Positions 1 to 9,528 are shown, counted from the stretch's first letter. The stretch is 20,000 bases of DNA from an uncultured virus (IMG/VR IMGVR_UViG_3300031787_000018) (IMGVR_UViG_3300031787_000018:112426-132425), one strand, 5' to 3'. The notes: generated by a model from the sequence alone, not told the origin. A program made the numbers and translations.

Positions 1-114
1 GATTTAGTCGAACTTTTAGACGGGTTTTTCGATGAAGGTTTTATCGTAAAAGAAATTAGTAAAAAAGAATTTGATGATTTTGAAGGTGTGGAAACTTTAA
101 ATTTTAATCTCTAA
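1..114 (+). CDS. 3' end of a hypothetical protein (partial, runs in from the left edge)
   Basis: Frame 1 is open from base 1 (DLVELLDGFFDEGFIVKEISKKEFDDFEGVETLNFNL) to TAA at 112-114. Confidence 0.65.
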   Translation, partial: DLVELLDGFFDEGFIVKEISKKEFDDFEGVETLNFNL

Positions 115-304
115 TATACTCTTCTTTAATTTTTTCAATTAAAAAATGTTTTTGTGAACCAAGAGAGGGTGGTAATTCATTTTCTGTAAAATCTACTATT
201 TCGTTTATTAAATTATTAATAAATTTTTTAATAACCACTTCTTTATTATCAACATCACTATTTGATAATACTAACATTAAATCTTTTTCCCACTTTTTCA
301 TCAT
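104..304 (-). CDS. hypothetical protein, 66 aa
   Basis: ORF track; fills the gap, converges on the partial ORF and diverges from the 359 gene. Confidence 0.6.
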   Translation of the reverse strand: MMKKWEKDLMLVLSNSDVDNKEVVIKKFINNLINEIVDFTENELPPSLGSQKHFLIEKIKEEYIRD

Positions 305-332
305 AAAACTGTTTATAGTTATAAATTTAGTT

Positions 333-340
333 ATATTTAT
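333..340 (+). promoter_or_regulatory. ATATTTAT motif, putative phage (late) promoter
   Basis: 18 nt upstream of ATG 359; the same octamer lies 15-24 nt upstream of starts at 2975(-), 3026, 4746, 12505(-) and 12581. Confidence 0.5.
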
Positions 341-358
341 TTAATAAATAAAGGTATT

Positions 359-751
359 ATGAAAAAAAGATTAGTGATGGATAATCACAAAATAAGAAAA
401 ATTGTTAGTGAAAAACTAAAACAAGACGGTACCTTCATTAAAGAAGATAAGATAGATAAAGCTATCAAAGATTATTTAAACGAAAGAAAAGATAATCAAT
501 CAGATTTTGAAGGTGAAGAAAATTCATTTAGTCCAAAAGCCAAAAAAGCTTTTGGTGATATGATACGTGGTTTAAATGATATAATAGAAGATTTACGTAT
601 TATACAAGTGAAAGAACCAGATATTTTGGTTGATGAAATGCCAGGAGCCGGTGAATTTTACTCGGAAAATGCGATAGAAGAAATTATAAACACGATTGAA
701 TCCGTTTTAGACAATTTAGAGTATTTAAAAAATTTAAATTCTGATGTTTAG
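359..751 (+). CDS. hypothetical acidic protein, possibly virion-internal
   Basis: 130 aa ORF; basic N-terminus (MKKRLV..KIRKIVSE) followed by an acidic body. Confidence 0.75.
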   Translation: MKKRLVMDNHKIRKIVSEKLKQDGTFIKEDKIDKAIKDYLNERKDNQSDFEGEENSFSPKAKKAFGDMIRGLNDIIEDLRIIQVKEPDILVDEMPGAGEFYSENAIEEIINTIESVLDNLEYLKNLNSDV

Positions 752-793
752 TATTGTTTTAAAAATATTTAAATTTTAACAAATATTTTAAAT

Positions 794-1033
794 ATGATAG
801 ATGAGTTATACGACAATGTTGTAAGTTTATGTAATGAAATTGGTTATTTGGATTTAGTTAATGGTTTTAAAACAGAAGATTACTTAAGATGGTCTTCAAA
901 CAAAATATTTCAATTTGACAATATACACATTAAAAGGGAATATCCTTTATGTGCTTTATCTTATGATAATTTTTTTCGTTCACCATTTTCTATCGTTTTT
1001 AGTGAAGATGGTACAATTACGAATATTTATTAA
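794..1033 (+). CDS. hypothetical protein, 79 aa
   Basis: ORF track; stop lies 2 nt before the next ATG. Confidence 0.65.
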   Translation: MIDELYDNVVSLCNEIGYLDLVNGFKTEDYLRWSSNKIFQFDNIHIKREYPLCALSYDNFFRSPFSIVFSEDGTITNIY

Positions 1034-1035
1034 GT

Positions 1036-2172
1036 ATGGGAATTATAGGACACAAAGAAAGAGCTTTAATACGTAGAGGTTTATATGTAGAAAACGCTTT
1101 AAAAAGAAGAGATTTAATTGTTGAGGACGATCAATTAGATATTTTTGGTAATAATGAAACAAATAAGTCTAAAAACATTAAAATATTTAAAATAGTAGAC
1201 GATTCTGGCAAATTCAATTCTAAAAATTTTAGAAATTTCATATTATTTGATAGTGGTATTTACCCTAAATGTTCACCGGAGGTTTTAAATACAACTGAAA
1301 ATATCGTATCACCTTGTGTTGGTAAAATTGATACTGAAAACTGTAAAACAGGTGATGGTATTATAGGTGGTAGATATACTAGTGAGTCTCGTGGGGGTGT
1401 TGGTTTGTGGTCTGTAATAAATTTTTTTGACACAAATAGTGATGTTGAAAAAGTGATAAAAGAAGTACATCAAAAAAGTAGTACAGATTTAAATTTAAAT
1501 GAGTGGATAAATATTAATATTAAAGATTTAGTTGGTGATAACGGTAAATATACTAGTATTTTAGCTGATAAGGTTTTAACAAAAACATCTGGTACCAGAT
1601 TTAAAGGTAATAAAAATGAAGAGGTCGTAATTAAAGTCTTAGAAAAAAATTACCCTGGTATTGTAATTAATAGATTTTGTGATGGTGATGTTAGAGATAG
1701 AATAGAAGGTCAAGATTTAATGATTACATTTGACGGTATCACTAAATACGTTCAAGTAAAACCTTTATATGGTAATGTGGTTTTACATACTAAAATGGAT
1801 GGTGATGTTTATTTTGAAGTACCGTCTTATACTGACATTTTAGGTAAATACTCACCAAATAAAGTACAAAAATTGGCATTTGTAAGTGGTGAAGATTATA
1901 TTATTTTTGATTATAAACATGATTTGGTACAACAAAAACTAAATCCTGTTACTTACTCTAAAGCACCTAAATACTTATTAAATTTCAAAAACGAACCATC
2001 ATTAAAATCTGCCTCTCTAAAAATAAAAGAGGTTGATGAGTTAAAAAATACACCTAAAGACGAAAAAGTTAAAATTTTAAAAAATAAATTAAATGATTAT
2101 AAATCTTTAATTTATGATTATAATCAAAAAATTAAATTTATACAACAGGCTATTAAAAATTTAGGTGATTAA
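1036..2172 (+). CDS. putative PD-(D/E)XK restriction-endonuclease-fold protein (paralog of 2169..2975)
   Basis: GNKNEEVV (helix E) ... D-RIEGQD-LMI ... YVQVKP matches an E..D..(Q/E)xK nuclease core; coiled-coil-like C-terminus. Confidence 0.55.
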   Translation: MGIIGHKERALIRRGLYVENALKRRDLIVEDDQLDIFGNNETNKSKNIKIFKIVDDSGKFNSKNFRNFILFDSGIYPKCSPEVLNTTENIVSPCVGKIDTENCKTGDGIIGGRYTSESRGGVGLWSVINFFDTNSDVEKVIKEVHQKSSTDLNLNEWININIKDLVGDNGKYTSILADKVLTKTSGTRFKGNKNEEVVIKVLEKNYPGIVINRFCDGDVRDRIEGQDLMITFDGITKYVQVKPLYGNVVLHTKMDGDVYFEVPSYTDILGKYSPNKVQKLAFVSGEDYIIFDYKHDLVQQKLNPVTYSKAPKYLLNFKNEPSLKSASLKIKEVDELKNTPKDEKVKILKNKLNDYKSLIYDYNQKIKFIQQAIKNLGD

Positions 2173-2975
2173 ACTTTGTAAACACTTTTACCAGTTGTTG
2201 TATTAAAGTTTATTAAAACTAACATTAATTTTTTTGGTATTATCACAGTGTTTTCTGTAAAACTGAAAAAATCTGGTTGATTTCTAAACACAGCCACATG
2301 ATATTCTGTACCCGTATCTTTACCAAATACGATTAAATCTGTATCATATTCTCTTCTTAAAGAGTTTGTTTTTACAATATAATAATCACCTTCTTTTTCA
2401 AGACCAGTAAAAGGTTTAACTTGGGTTGTAAGTCCAGAACTTTTTGGTGGTAAAATTTTACCGTTTGAAAATATTTTCATGTCTATTCCCATAAAATCTA
2501 AAGTACCTCCAGCTTCAGCCAACATATCAACTTTAATTACCCCTGGTAAAGTTTCTATTGTACTTTTAACATAATTTTCTCTTTTAGTCCCACTACTTCT
2601 TGTTTTATTTATAGCATCAACAATAGAATTTTTTAATGCTGAATTAGGACCAAATATTTCAAACATATCTTCTATTATTTTTTGTAAAAATAATTTATTT
2701 TCTTCACTATTTTTTTGTGAAAAATTTTTATTATAAGTAATATGATTGCCGTATTTATTTTTTAAGTAAGGTAGTACAACTTTATCTCTAACAGTCCAAT
2801 GTGTGTTTATAAAATTGTAATTAGACCAATTTGGGTCGTCGTTAGGTGTTATTGGTCTTATAATACCATAATTACCTGAAGGTCCACGACCCCAATATTC
2901 GGTATTACCATAAATTTCTTTTAATATATTATTTATAACAACTTTATATTCGTTTTCAAAAGGAGAATAAGCCAT
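2169..2975 (-). CDS. putative PD-(D/E)XK restriction-endonuclease-fold protein (paralog of 1036..2172)
   Basis: GTKRENYV ... D-FMGID-MKI ... TTQVKP; shares WSxxNFxxT with the convergent gene; stop codons overlap in TTAA 2169-2172. Confidence 0.55.
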   Translation of the reverse strand: MAYSPFENEYKVVINNILKEIYGNTEYWGRGPSGNYGIIRPITPNDDPNWSNYNFINTHWTVRDKVVLPYLKNKYGNHITYNKNFSQKNSEENKLFLQKIIEDMFEIFGPNSALKNSIVDAINKTRSSGTKRENYVKSTIETLPGVIKVDMLAEAGGTLDFMGIDMKIFSNGKILPPKSSGLTTQVKPFTGLEKEGDYYIVKTNSLRREYDTDLIVFGKDTGTEYHVAVFRNQPDFFSFTENTVIIPKKLMLVLINFNTTTGKSVYKV

Positions 2976-2993
2976 AATTATTGATTATTTTAG

Positions 2994-3007
2994 ATATTTA
3001 TAAATAT
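2994..3007. promoter_or_regulatory. perfect 14-bp palindrome ATATTTATAAATAT, putative bidirectional phage promoter
   Basis: Two overlapping inverted ATATTTAT motifs, exactly 18 nt from each of the divergent start codons (2975 and 3026). Confidence 0.55.
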
Positions 3008-3025
3008 AGTAAAAATTTTTAAACA

Positions 3026-4708
3026 ATGAAAATTATTTTAGATAAAATAAGAGAAGTATTAACGGAAAGTAGGGTTGAAGATGTAAAAAAGAGATTCCCC
3101 AACGTTGATTCACAAATTATAGATTATTTCGTAAATAATGACCCATCCGGCAATCAAAAATATTTGGATTGGATGGTTAAAGCTATAACACACAAGCCAA
3201 CATTACAAACTATTGGTAATATAATGGGTAATAATGAATACCTTGATGGTGGTTATTGGGGTGGGACAGCCGCTTTTATTTCTGTTTTAATTAATAGATT
3301 CCATAACCTATTACCGTATTTAGTACATGAAGAAAACGGTAAAAAGGTGGGTACTACTGATTTATATCAATATAAGTTTAGTGATAGTGAAATGATAAAT
3401 TATTTGATTTTTGATTTAGATAGAGCTGAAGAACGTAAAAAAAAGAAAGAATTATCTAAAAAATTAAAATCTGAAGCTGATAAAATTTATGAAGATAAAA
3501 ATTGGTTGGTTGTAAGAGCTAGGACTTGGGAGGCTTCCTGTCATTATGGTGCTGGTACAAAATGGTGTACAACTTCAAAAGAAAGTGATACCCATTTTAA
3601 ACGTGAAACAGACCGTCAATTTTTGATTTATGTAATTAATAAAAATGAAACTTCTGAAAATCCATTATATAAGGTGGCTTGGCAAATACCTTATGATAAA
3701 AAAATTAATAAATACATGAAATTTGGTTTAGAAGGTGATTGGGAGATTGATTGGTCAAAGATTAAATTGTGGAATGCCGAAGATACAAATATTGCAAATC
3801 GTTTAGGTAGTGAATACTTACTTTCTGTACCTAAAAAAATTAAGGCAGAGATTTTAAAATACATGCAAAATAAAATGGATGAGATGTATGAAAATATGGG
3901 TTATGTTGATGATCCAAATATTCAGGCATTGGTTACATATTTGGGTTTAACACAAGAAGAGGCTGACGAGGTAATAGAAGAAAGGTATACACATTATGGT
4001 TTAAAAATTTATACAAATGATGATCATGGTTCATACGCTGTGGGAATATTTGAAGAGGCACAAAACGCTTTAAGAGAATGGGCTGAAGGTTATTATGATG
4101 ACATTGGTCCTTTTGAAATAATGGGTGATAGAATTAAATATTATGTCACAATACCTGATGCTGATAATATAGCCTCGGAAGATGCTACTTTTTATGTTGA
4201 TGATATTAGTGATGATGATTTAATTGATTACGCCAAAGGTTATAGTGATGATATTGATAATCTTATTGAGGAGTATAATATTAATAGTGGTATATTGGAA
4301 GGTTTTGACGATGAAATATCTGAATTGATGACCAAATTAGAACAACAAGAAATATCGGAAGAAGAATATAAAAAAGAAATGGAAGAATATGAGGCCGAAA
4401 AAGAAGAAATGGAAGAATATCAACCAAAATTATTAGAAAGAATACGTGAAAAATATAGGGATGAAATTTATAAAGATAAATTACGTCAGATGGAAGATGA
4501 CCCATGGGATTGGTTGCGGGAAATGGGTTGGGCAGATAGAAATGGTTTAAGTAAAAACGCAATAAATAGTGGTCTTGTTGAAATTAATCGAGAATCTTTA
4601 ATTGATGACCTTGTAGATGGTTGGGATTTTGAGGTACTTAGTGATGATGGTCGGTGGGATGAGGTCAATGTTGATAGTAGAACTTATTATATATTTAATG
4701 TTTCATAA
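3026..4708 (+). CDS. large-phage hypothetical protein with GTKWC (PcfJ-like) motif and highly acidic C-terminal half
   Basis: 560 aa; DPSGNQKYLDWM and IYEDKNWLVV..EASCHYGAGTKWCTT motifs as seen in jumbo-phage proteins; D/E-rich after about residue 290. Confidence 0.6.
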   Translation: MKIILDKIREVLTESRVEDVKKRFPNVDSQIIDYFVNNDPSGNQKYLDWMVKAITHKPTLQTIGNIMGNNEYLDGGYWGGTAAFISVLINRFHNLLPYLVHEENGKKVGTTDLYQYKFSDSEMINYLIFDLDRAEERKKKKELSKKLKSEADKIYEDKNWLVVRARTWEASCHYGAGTKWCTTSKESDTHFKRETDRQFLIYVINKNETSENPLYKVAWQIPYDKKINKYMKFGLEGDWEIDWSKIKLWNAEDTNIANRLGSEYLLSVPKKIKAEILKYMQNKMDEMYENMGYVDDPNIQALVTYLGLTQEEADEVIEERYTHYGLKIYTNDDHGSYAVGIFEEAQNALREWAEGYYDDIGPFEIMGDRIKYYVTIPDADNIASEDATFYVDDISDDDLIDYAKGYSDDIDNLIEEYNINSGILEGFDDEISELMTKLEQQEISEEEYKKEMEEYEAEKEEMEEYQPKLLERIREKYRDEIYKDKLRQMEDDPWDWLREMGWADRNGLSKNAINSGLVEINRESLIDDLVDGWDFEVLSDDGRWDEVNVDSRTYYIFNVS

Positions 4709-4722
4709 TCTTGAATAACAAG

Positions 4723-4730
4723 ATATTTAT
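4723..4730 (+). promoter_or_regulatory. ATATTTAT motif upstream of the fibre cluster
   Basis: 15 nt upstream of ATG 4746. Confidence 0.5.
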
Positions 4731-4745
4731 AAAATAAAATAATAA

Positions 4746-6035
4746 ATGACATTTTTTACTAATTTAACACTTAGAGGTATTAAAAAATCAGCATTAACAC
4801 ATGCTGAATTAGATAATAATTTTGTTGCTCTCGACAGTGGGTTATCTAATTTACAAAACCAAGTAAGTTTTATAAGTGGCGGTAGTCAAACTCTTGCTCA
4901 AACATTGTCTAATGGCAATACATCAGGAGCGTATGATATTTTAATAAACACTGGTCAAAAAATAGGATTTAAGGATGGTAATAATACTTACACAACATAT
5001 ATTTCCAACAACCAAACTCAGGCCGGAAATAGAACGGTTTATTTACCTTTATTTGATGGACAAATTGCATATCACGCCACCGGATCACCGTTAACAACAA
5101 ATTATATCTTAAAAGGCACTACAAATGGGGCTATTACTTCGAGTAGTTTAATATACGACAATGGGACTAATGTAGGTATAGGAACGGCAAGTCCTTCTTA
5201 TAAATTACAAATAAATACAGCATTAGCCGATTTTGATGGTTTACAAATAAAAAACACAAGTACAAATGCAGCGGCAGGTGCTTATTTGTTATTTACTAAT
5301 GGAAGTGGTGCTAATGCTGAAATTGTTTTAAAACAAGGTTCGTCTTTTGCTGGATATGGAGCTGCAAATGACATGACTTTTAGAGCTGGTGTAGGAGCAG
5401 CTTATATGAATTTTGTTTCTGAAAGTACTAACGGTTTTAGATTTTATCCAAGTGCAGCTGGTGGAGCATCTTTAGCAACATTAACTCCTACATTAGCTAT
5501 CGCAGGAACCGAGAGAGTTGGTTTTGGTATATCGTCGCCAAACGCTAAAGCGCATATTGTGGGTGCAACCTCCGCCGCCGGCGCATACGCATTAAGGGTA
5601 GATGATAGTTCAAATAGTCCATTATTTTGTGTTCAAAATGATGGAACGGTAGGAATTGGAACAATTAGTCCGGTTGTAAAATTACATGTAGAGGGGTTAT
5701 CTTATTTAAACGGTGGTGCAAGGATTACAAGTGTCGGTATTGGTGGATATTGGGGTGGATTAGCAAATGAAATTTTAACTTTACAAGCAACAACAGGAAA
5801 TCCATTAATCTTACAATATACAGAAGTTGGGCAAGTAGCTATTGGAACAAATGCACCAAACACATCATCGATATTAGATATTGTTAGTACAAATAAGGGT
5901 GTTTTATTGCCCCGAATGACTACCGCACAAAGAACTTCTATTCCTTCCCCAGCTATAGGGTTAATAGTTTATCAAACAGATGCAACAGAAGGTCTTTACA
6001 TATATAAATCTAGTGGTTGGACATTCATAGCATAA
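4746..6035 (+). CDS. tail fibre / virion fibre-like protein
   Basis: N-terminal LTLRGIKKSALTHAELDNNF phage fibre-type motif, G/T/N/A-rich body, repeated VGIGT-x-x-P units, C-terminal STNKGVLLPRMT..GLIVYQTD domain typical of Bacteroidota and their phages. Confidence 0.75.
   Translation: MTFFTNLTLRGIKKSALTHAELDNNFVALDSGLSNLQNQVSFISGGSQTLAQTLSNGNTSGAYDILINTGQKIGFKDGNNTYTTYISNNQTQAGNRTVYLPLFDGQIAYHATGSPLTTNYILKGTTNGAITSSSLIYDNGTNVGIGTASPSYKLQINTALADFDGLQIKNTSTNAAAGAYLLFTNGSGANAEIVLKQGSSFAGYGAANDMTFRAGVGAAYMNFVSESTNGFRFYPSAAGGASLATLTPTLAIAGTERVGFGISSPNAKAHIVGATSAAGAYALRVDDSSNSPLFCVQNDGTVGIGTISPVVKLHVEGLSYLNGGARITSVGIGGYWGGLANEILTLQATTGNPLILQYTEVGQVAIGTNAPNTSSILDIVSTNKGVLLPRMTTAQRTSIPSPAIGLIVYQTDATEGLYIYKSSGWTFIA
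4881..5186 (+). repeat. diverged ~300-bp direct repeat, copy 1 (shared fibre module)
   Basis: Encodes GSQTLAQTL...IYDNGTNVGIGT; aligns codon by codon with 6504..6806 apart from one codon indel; many differences are synonymous. Confidence 0.9.
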
Positions 6036-6077
6036 AAATTATTAATATATAATAAAAAAATAAAAAAATAAAACAAC

Positions 6078-6347
6078 ATGAAGTACAAACATTTAAAAAC
6101 AACAATTTTAGCAGGAAGTGCTAACGTAGATGTTCCAGCTAATACATCTACTTTTCAGGCGAATATCAAATTTGAAATCTTACCTGAAATAGAAGGTCAT
6201 GAAATACCTGAACAATACAAAACACCTGAGTTAACTTTCTTTGGATTAGTATTTAATACATTAAATATGGAAGAAGTACTAAATCAGGCGGACAGTAAGG
6301 GTGTTGAAAGATTGAAAGAGGTTTATGGGGTGACTAATATAGAGTAA
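6078..6347 (+). CDS. hypothetical protein between fibre genes (possible fibre chaperone/accessory)
   Basis: 89 aa ORF, co-oriented within the fibre cluster; function inferred from position only. Confidence 0.65.
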   Translation: MKYKHLKTTILAGSANVDVPANTSTFQANIKFEILPEIEGHEIPEQYKTPELTFFGLVFNTLNMEEVLNQADSKGVERLKEVYGVTNIE

Positions 6348-6359
6348 ATAACTTAAAAA

Positions 6360-8090
6360 ATGGGAAATTTAATATTAAAAGAACAATCGGTATCAGGTTT
6401 TACTGCTGCTCCATTAAACAAAATAAAAATTGCTTATGGAAATGATGATAACCTATACAGAATTGATGATGCTAATAACGCGGTTGTAATTGGTGGCGGT
6501 GGTGGTAGTCAAACTCTTGCTCAAACTTTAGCTCTGGGCAATACATCAGGAGCGTATGACATCTTAATGAATACAACCCAACGTATAGGGTTCAAAGATG
6601 GGGATAACACTTACACAACTTATTTAAGTAACAACATTACAACTGCGGCCAATAGAACGGTTTATTTACCATTGTTTGATGGACAGTTAGCTTATCATGC
6701 TACTGGAACACCACCAACAACAAATTATGTTTTAAAAGGAACAACTAATGGGGCTATTACTTCGGGGATAATCTACGACAATGGAACAAATGTTGGTATT
6801 GGGACATCATCACCAACAACTAAATTATCTGTTTATGCAGGAACAGTAACTAATACAGATTTATTTTCAGTAAAGATAGCTTCAAATCAAGCAGCATTAA
6901 ATGTTAATGATGCGAATTGGGTTTCCATTAATTCAAACACAAGAGTTGGTACTGAAAGTTTATATATTAATGGTACGCAAGTAACAAGTGAAATATCTAT
7001 ATTAGGAACTAATATGCTTAGATTTGCTGATAGTGGTTTTTCGACTATAACAAGTCCGAATTTGGATTTTGTTGGAACAATGAATGGTGGTTATCAATTT
7101 AATGGTTATGGAACATTACCGCACGGTAATTCTAACTTTTTATCGTTAATACCAAATACTAATAACGGTTCATTAGCTACTTTCTTTAATAATTTAGTTA
7201 GAATAAAGGCAAACGGTAACACTGATACACAAAAATATTTTGCAGTAACCAGTTTCACAGCGGATACTATACCAACAGATACTTTAACTTATTTTAAAGG
7301 TTCCACCTCCGCAGCAGGTGCATATGCTTTAAAGGTAGATAACTCAAGTAGTAATCCTTTATTACATATAGCCAACACTATTAACGGACAAGCAAATGGG
7401 TTAAATCAAGGAAATGGCAATTTGGCGATGTATTACGACACATCGGGGGCCGGATATGCTGTTTTACGTTCATTAAATTATAATTCCGTTTCTTTTGGCA
7501 CACATTCATCACCTTATAGAATTATATTAGGTAGGGATGGAAATGTTTATACAAATGACAGGTTGTTTGTGATGTTAAATGATCCCATTGCCGCAGTTAC
7601 CGAAACGGTAAGTGTTGGTAGAACTACTCATGGAGTTAATGGCTCTACATCATCAATGGTCGTATTAAATATAACGATGGGTTCAACTAATTCAGGTTTA
7701 GGGTTATTTGCTATTGGTGCCACTGGTCAAGGTGGAACAACCGGAAACGCAACGATGAATTTTAAATATGATCCAATAAGTTACAGTGGGACAGTAAATT
7801 CAGCTAATAACAATTATTATCGTGTTGCAATTGGTAAATCCCCATCAACGGATTATAGATTAGAAATTTCAGGTGGAACAAGAATTGAATCGGATAGTTA
7901 TACCACGTCGGCTGCTGTTTTAGAGTTATCGTCTACTACACAAGGTCTATTATTACCTAGAATGACATCTACACAAGCTAGTGCTATAACGGCCGTAAAT
8001 GGTTTAATTTTATATGTAACCGATACTAACTTAACATTCACTTCTGTAGGTTTTTGGGGTTATGAGAATGGGTCATGGGTAAAACTTTAA
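6360..8090 (+). CDS. tail fibre / virion fibre-like protein
   Basis: 576 aa, G/T/N/S-rich, GGGGGS linker, VGIGT unit, C-terminal SSTTQGLLLPRMT..GLILYVTD domain; shares modules with 4746..6035. Confidence 0.75.
   Translation: MGNLILKEQSVSGFTAAPLNKIKIAYGNDDNLYRIDDANNAVVIGGGGGSQTLAQTLALGNTSGAYDILMNTTQRIGFKDGDNTYTTYLSNNITTAANRTVYLPLFDGQLAYHATGTPPTTNYVLKGTTNGAITSGIIYDNGTNVGIGTSSPTTKLSVYAGTVTNTDLFSVKIASNQAALNVNDANWVSINSNTRVGTESLYINGTQVTSEISILGTNMLRFADSGFSTITSPNLDFVGTMNGGYQFNGYGTLPHGNSNFLSLIPNTNNGSLATFFNNLVRIKANGNTDTQKYFAVTSFTADTIPTDTLTYFKGSTSAAGAYALKVDNSSSNPLLHIANTINGQANGLNQGNGNLAMYYDTSGAGYAVLRSLNYNSVSFGTHSSPYRIILGRDGNVYTNDRLFVMLNDPIAAVTETVSVGRTTHGVNGSTSSMVVLNITMGSTNSGLGLFAIGATGQGGTTGNATMNFKYDPISYSGTVNSANNNYYRVAIGKSPSTDYRLEISGGTRIESDSYTTSAAVLELSSTTQGLLLPRMTSTQASAITAVNGLILYVTDTNLTFTSVGFWGYENGSWVKL
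6504..6806 (+). repeat. diverged ~300-bp direct repeat, copy 2 (shared fibre module)
   Basis: Begins with the same GGTAGTCAAACTCTTGCTCAAAC as 4881. Confidence 0.9.
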
Positions 8091-8186
8091 TGGTAAAAAT
8101 ATTACAAAATAATTTTATAAAATTATATTTTACTTTTTATAAAATTATTTTATTTTTTAAATATAAAATAAAAATTTAAAATAAAA

Positions 8187-8369
8187 ATGAAAATGAAAGA
8201 TAAAGAAATAACATTAAAATTTAACTTAGATGAAGTTAATGTAATTTTGACCGGTTTAAGTGAGTTACCTAGTAAAATAAGTTATGGTTTAATAACTAAA
8301 ATCAAAAATGACGCTCAAAATCAAATAGAAGATGAGGATGCAAATAAGTTAGATTTAAAAAATGATTAA
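8187..8369 (+). CDS. small hypothetical protein following fibre genes
   Basis: 60 aa; EVNVILTGLSELP..LITKIKNDAQNQ resembles small proteins that often follow phage fibre genes. Confidence 0.7.
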   Translation: MKMKDKEITLKFNLDEVNVILTGLSELPSKISYGLITKIKNDAQNQIEDEDANKLDLKND

Positions 8370-8371
8370 AC

Positions 8372-8404
8372 AAAAAACCCCACAATTTGTGGGGTTTTGT
8401 TTTT
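8372..8404. terminator. bidirectional intrinsic terminator
   Basis: AAAACCCCACA-ATT-TGTGGGGTTTT hairpin (8374-8398) with A-tract and T-tract flanks, between convergent genes. Confidence 0.9.
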
Positions 8405-9509
8405 AAAGTACAAACTCTGTATCAAACTCTTTTTTAAACATATAAAGACCAGCATGTTTTCTTAAATCATTTTTAGAGTGTTCACCAATACCCATACCAT
8501 AATCGTGTGAACCAACATCAGTTAAAGAATTTAATAAATCCCAAGTCGTCATATCGGTTTTGGCGTTTTTCCAATGACGGTTTGTCAGTGTTTCCAAATT
8601 AATACCTCTTTCTTTATAAGAAGATTGAATTTCACCTATTGGAAAAAATTTATCCAAAACCGCTTCAACACGAGCATCATTTTTATCTGTAACCTTACTA
8701 CTAACCAAATCACGGAATTTTAAAACTTCATTATATGAAGCTGAAATTGTACTCATTTTTTGAACTTGATTGGTAAATATACCTTGAAATTTCTTATTGG
8801 TTTCACTTAAAGACTTAACTTCTCTCATAAATTTGTTGATGTTATCAACCGAGTTACTTTCCAAACGTGGACCCATTTCAAGACGACGAGGACCAATTAA
8901 ACCATTTTCACAAACTAAACGAATTACATACGGGTCAATAGCAATATCTTCAGTGGGACCGGCTGTTACAATAACACCTGTGTGAAAACTTTCATCTTTT
9001 AAATCAGGTACGTCAAAAGCCCATCCACTTTTAACTGTTGATATTTGAATGTTACCCTCACCAGAAATAGACATACTACCAATGTCTAAATTATTATCAT
9101 TAATCACATTTTCAACCATATCAAAATAAAAATCAGGTGAAATGTAAGGTTTAGACGCGTCAGTGATAGCCACAACCATTTTAGTTGATGGTGAAATGTA
9201 AATTGACACCAACATATCTTTTGATGTGGCAATTTTATTCTTAATAACTTTAACTAATTGATTACGAGAATTCATACCAAAAATATCGGTAAATTTACCC
9301 ATAAAAGCGTCAGTTATTTTGAGAGTTTTAAGTAAAGATTTGAAAGCGTTTGAAGATAGTTTTAAACTAACGCCTTCAATATTAATACCACCGTTACGAT
9401 TTTCAGGATTTTCAAAGTCAATATTTAACTCGGAGATTGTTAAGTTTTTACGAATTGGGTAATTGGATTTTACCTCTTTTTTAAATGTTTCAAATTTTGT
9501 GTTTTCCAT
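8403..9509 (-). CDS. DUF932/DUF945-like phage protein
   Basis: 368 aa; IRLVCENG motif and C-terminal TTWDLLNSLT helix characteristic of this family. Confidence 0.6.
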   Translation of the reverse strand: MENTKFETFKKEVKSNYPIRKNLTISELNIDFENPENRNGGINIEGVSLKLSSNAFKSLLKTLKITDAFMGKFTDIFGMNSRNQLVKVIKNKIATSKDMLVSIYISPSTKMVVAITDASKPYISPDFYFDMVENVINDNNLDIGSMSISGEGNIQISTVKSGWAFDVPDLKDESFHTGVIVTAGPTEDIAIDPYVIRLVCENGLIGPRRLEMGPRLESNSVDNINKFMREVKSLSETNKKFQGIFTNQVQKMSTISASYNEVLKFRDLVSSKVTDKNDARVEAVLDKFFPIGEIQSSYKERGINLETLTNRHWKNAKTDMTTWDLLNSLTDVGSHDYGMGIGEHSKNDLRKHAGLYMFKKEFDTEFVL

Positions 9510-9528
9510 GTAATAATATTTTAGACTA

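Noticed and set aside
4281..4668. Minus-strand ORFs 4281..4562 and 4486..4668
   Set aside because: Antisense shadows of the 560-aa gene with no protein-like features.
4881..6806. Diversity-generating retroelement TR/VR pair in the fibre genes
   Set aside because: Both copies are coding, differences are largely synonymous and not adenine-specific, and there is no reverse transcriptase in the window.
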